Positions 59,892 to 59,898 of a stretch of DNA of 59,898 nt are shown here, piece after piece. Location of the stretch: NCBI GenBank assembly GCA_002843005.1, contig PHEX01000004.1, positions 1 through 59,898 of the forward strand, given 5' to 3'. Under the pieces are notes generated by a model that saw only the letters and a list, made by a program, of their open reading frames with translations, searched no databases and was not told the origin of the DNA. This DNA comes from Candidatus Anoxymicrobium japonicum. GTDB taxonomy: Bacteria > Actinomycetota > Geothermincolia > Fen-727 > Anoxymicrobiaceae. The translations under genes and the position numbers were made by a program. Each line of letters starts with the position of its first letter. The first letter of the stretch is position 1.

Positions 59892-59898
59892 ATATTAT

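Overview
GC-rich bacterial chromosomal segment, tightly packed and almost entirely co-directional: + strand to about 56.4 kb, then a short convergent block. Nearly every gene is housekeeping. The order is rpmF, rnc, smc, ftsY, ffh, rpsP, rimM, trmD, rplS, lepB, rnhB, comM, dprA, xerC, a WhiG/FliA-type sigma factor, rpsB, tsf, pyrH, frr, cdsA, dxr, rseP, ispG and proS. It continues with a phosphatidylinositol-mannoside-type lipid locus, lemA, htpX, pdxST, yebC, ruvCAB, queH-queA-tgt, yajC-secDF, relA, hisS, aspS and finally galK-galE. From memory this order matches two conserved synteny blocks of Actinomycetota (as in Mycobacterium and Streptomyces), so a deep-branching actinobacterial lineage is the likely source. 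I found no rRNA, tRNA, CRISPR array, cas genes, transposase, prophage or recognisable defence system. The unusual content is non-coding. Almost every intergenic gap holds members of a network of short palindromic or mosaic repeats that share a GGGGTCAGG core. Family A is a REP/BIME-like mosaic built on GGGGTCAGGCACCGTCTACC and occurs at 10 loci. There are also a nested TTAA-ended inverted-repeat element (2 loci), a roughly 105-nt MITE-like element (2 loci, opposite orientations) and two hairpin families. These repeats sit on or within a few nt of stop codons and have remodelled at least two gene 3' ends (hisS and an LMW phosphatase gene). Secondary points are a divergent PAP2 phosphatase embedded in the PI/PIM locus, an uncharacterised 337-aa protein plus a 48-aa zinc ribbon between ftsY and ffh, and a repeat-rich surface protein at the window start. 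Start codons are inferred by eye and several are uncertain.
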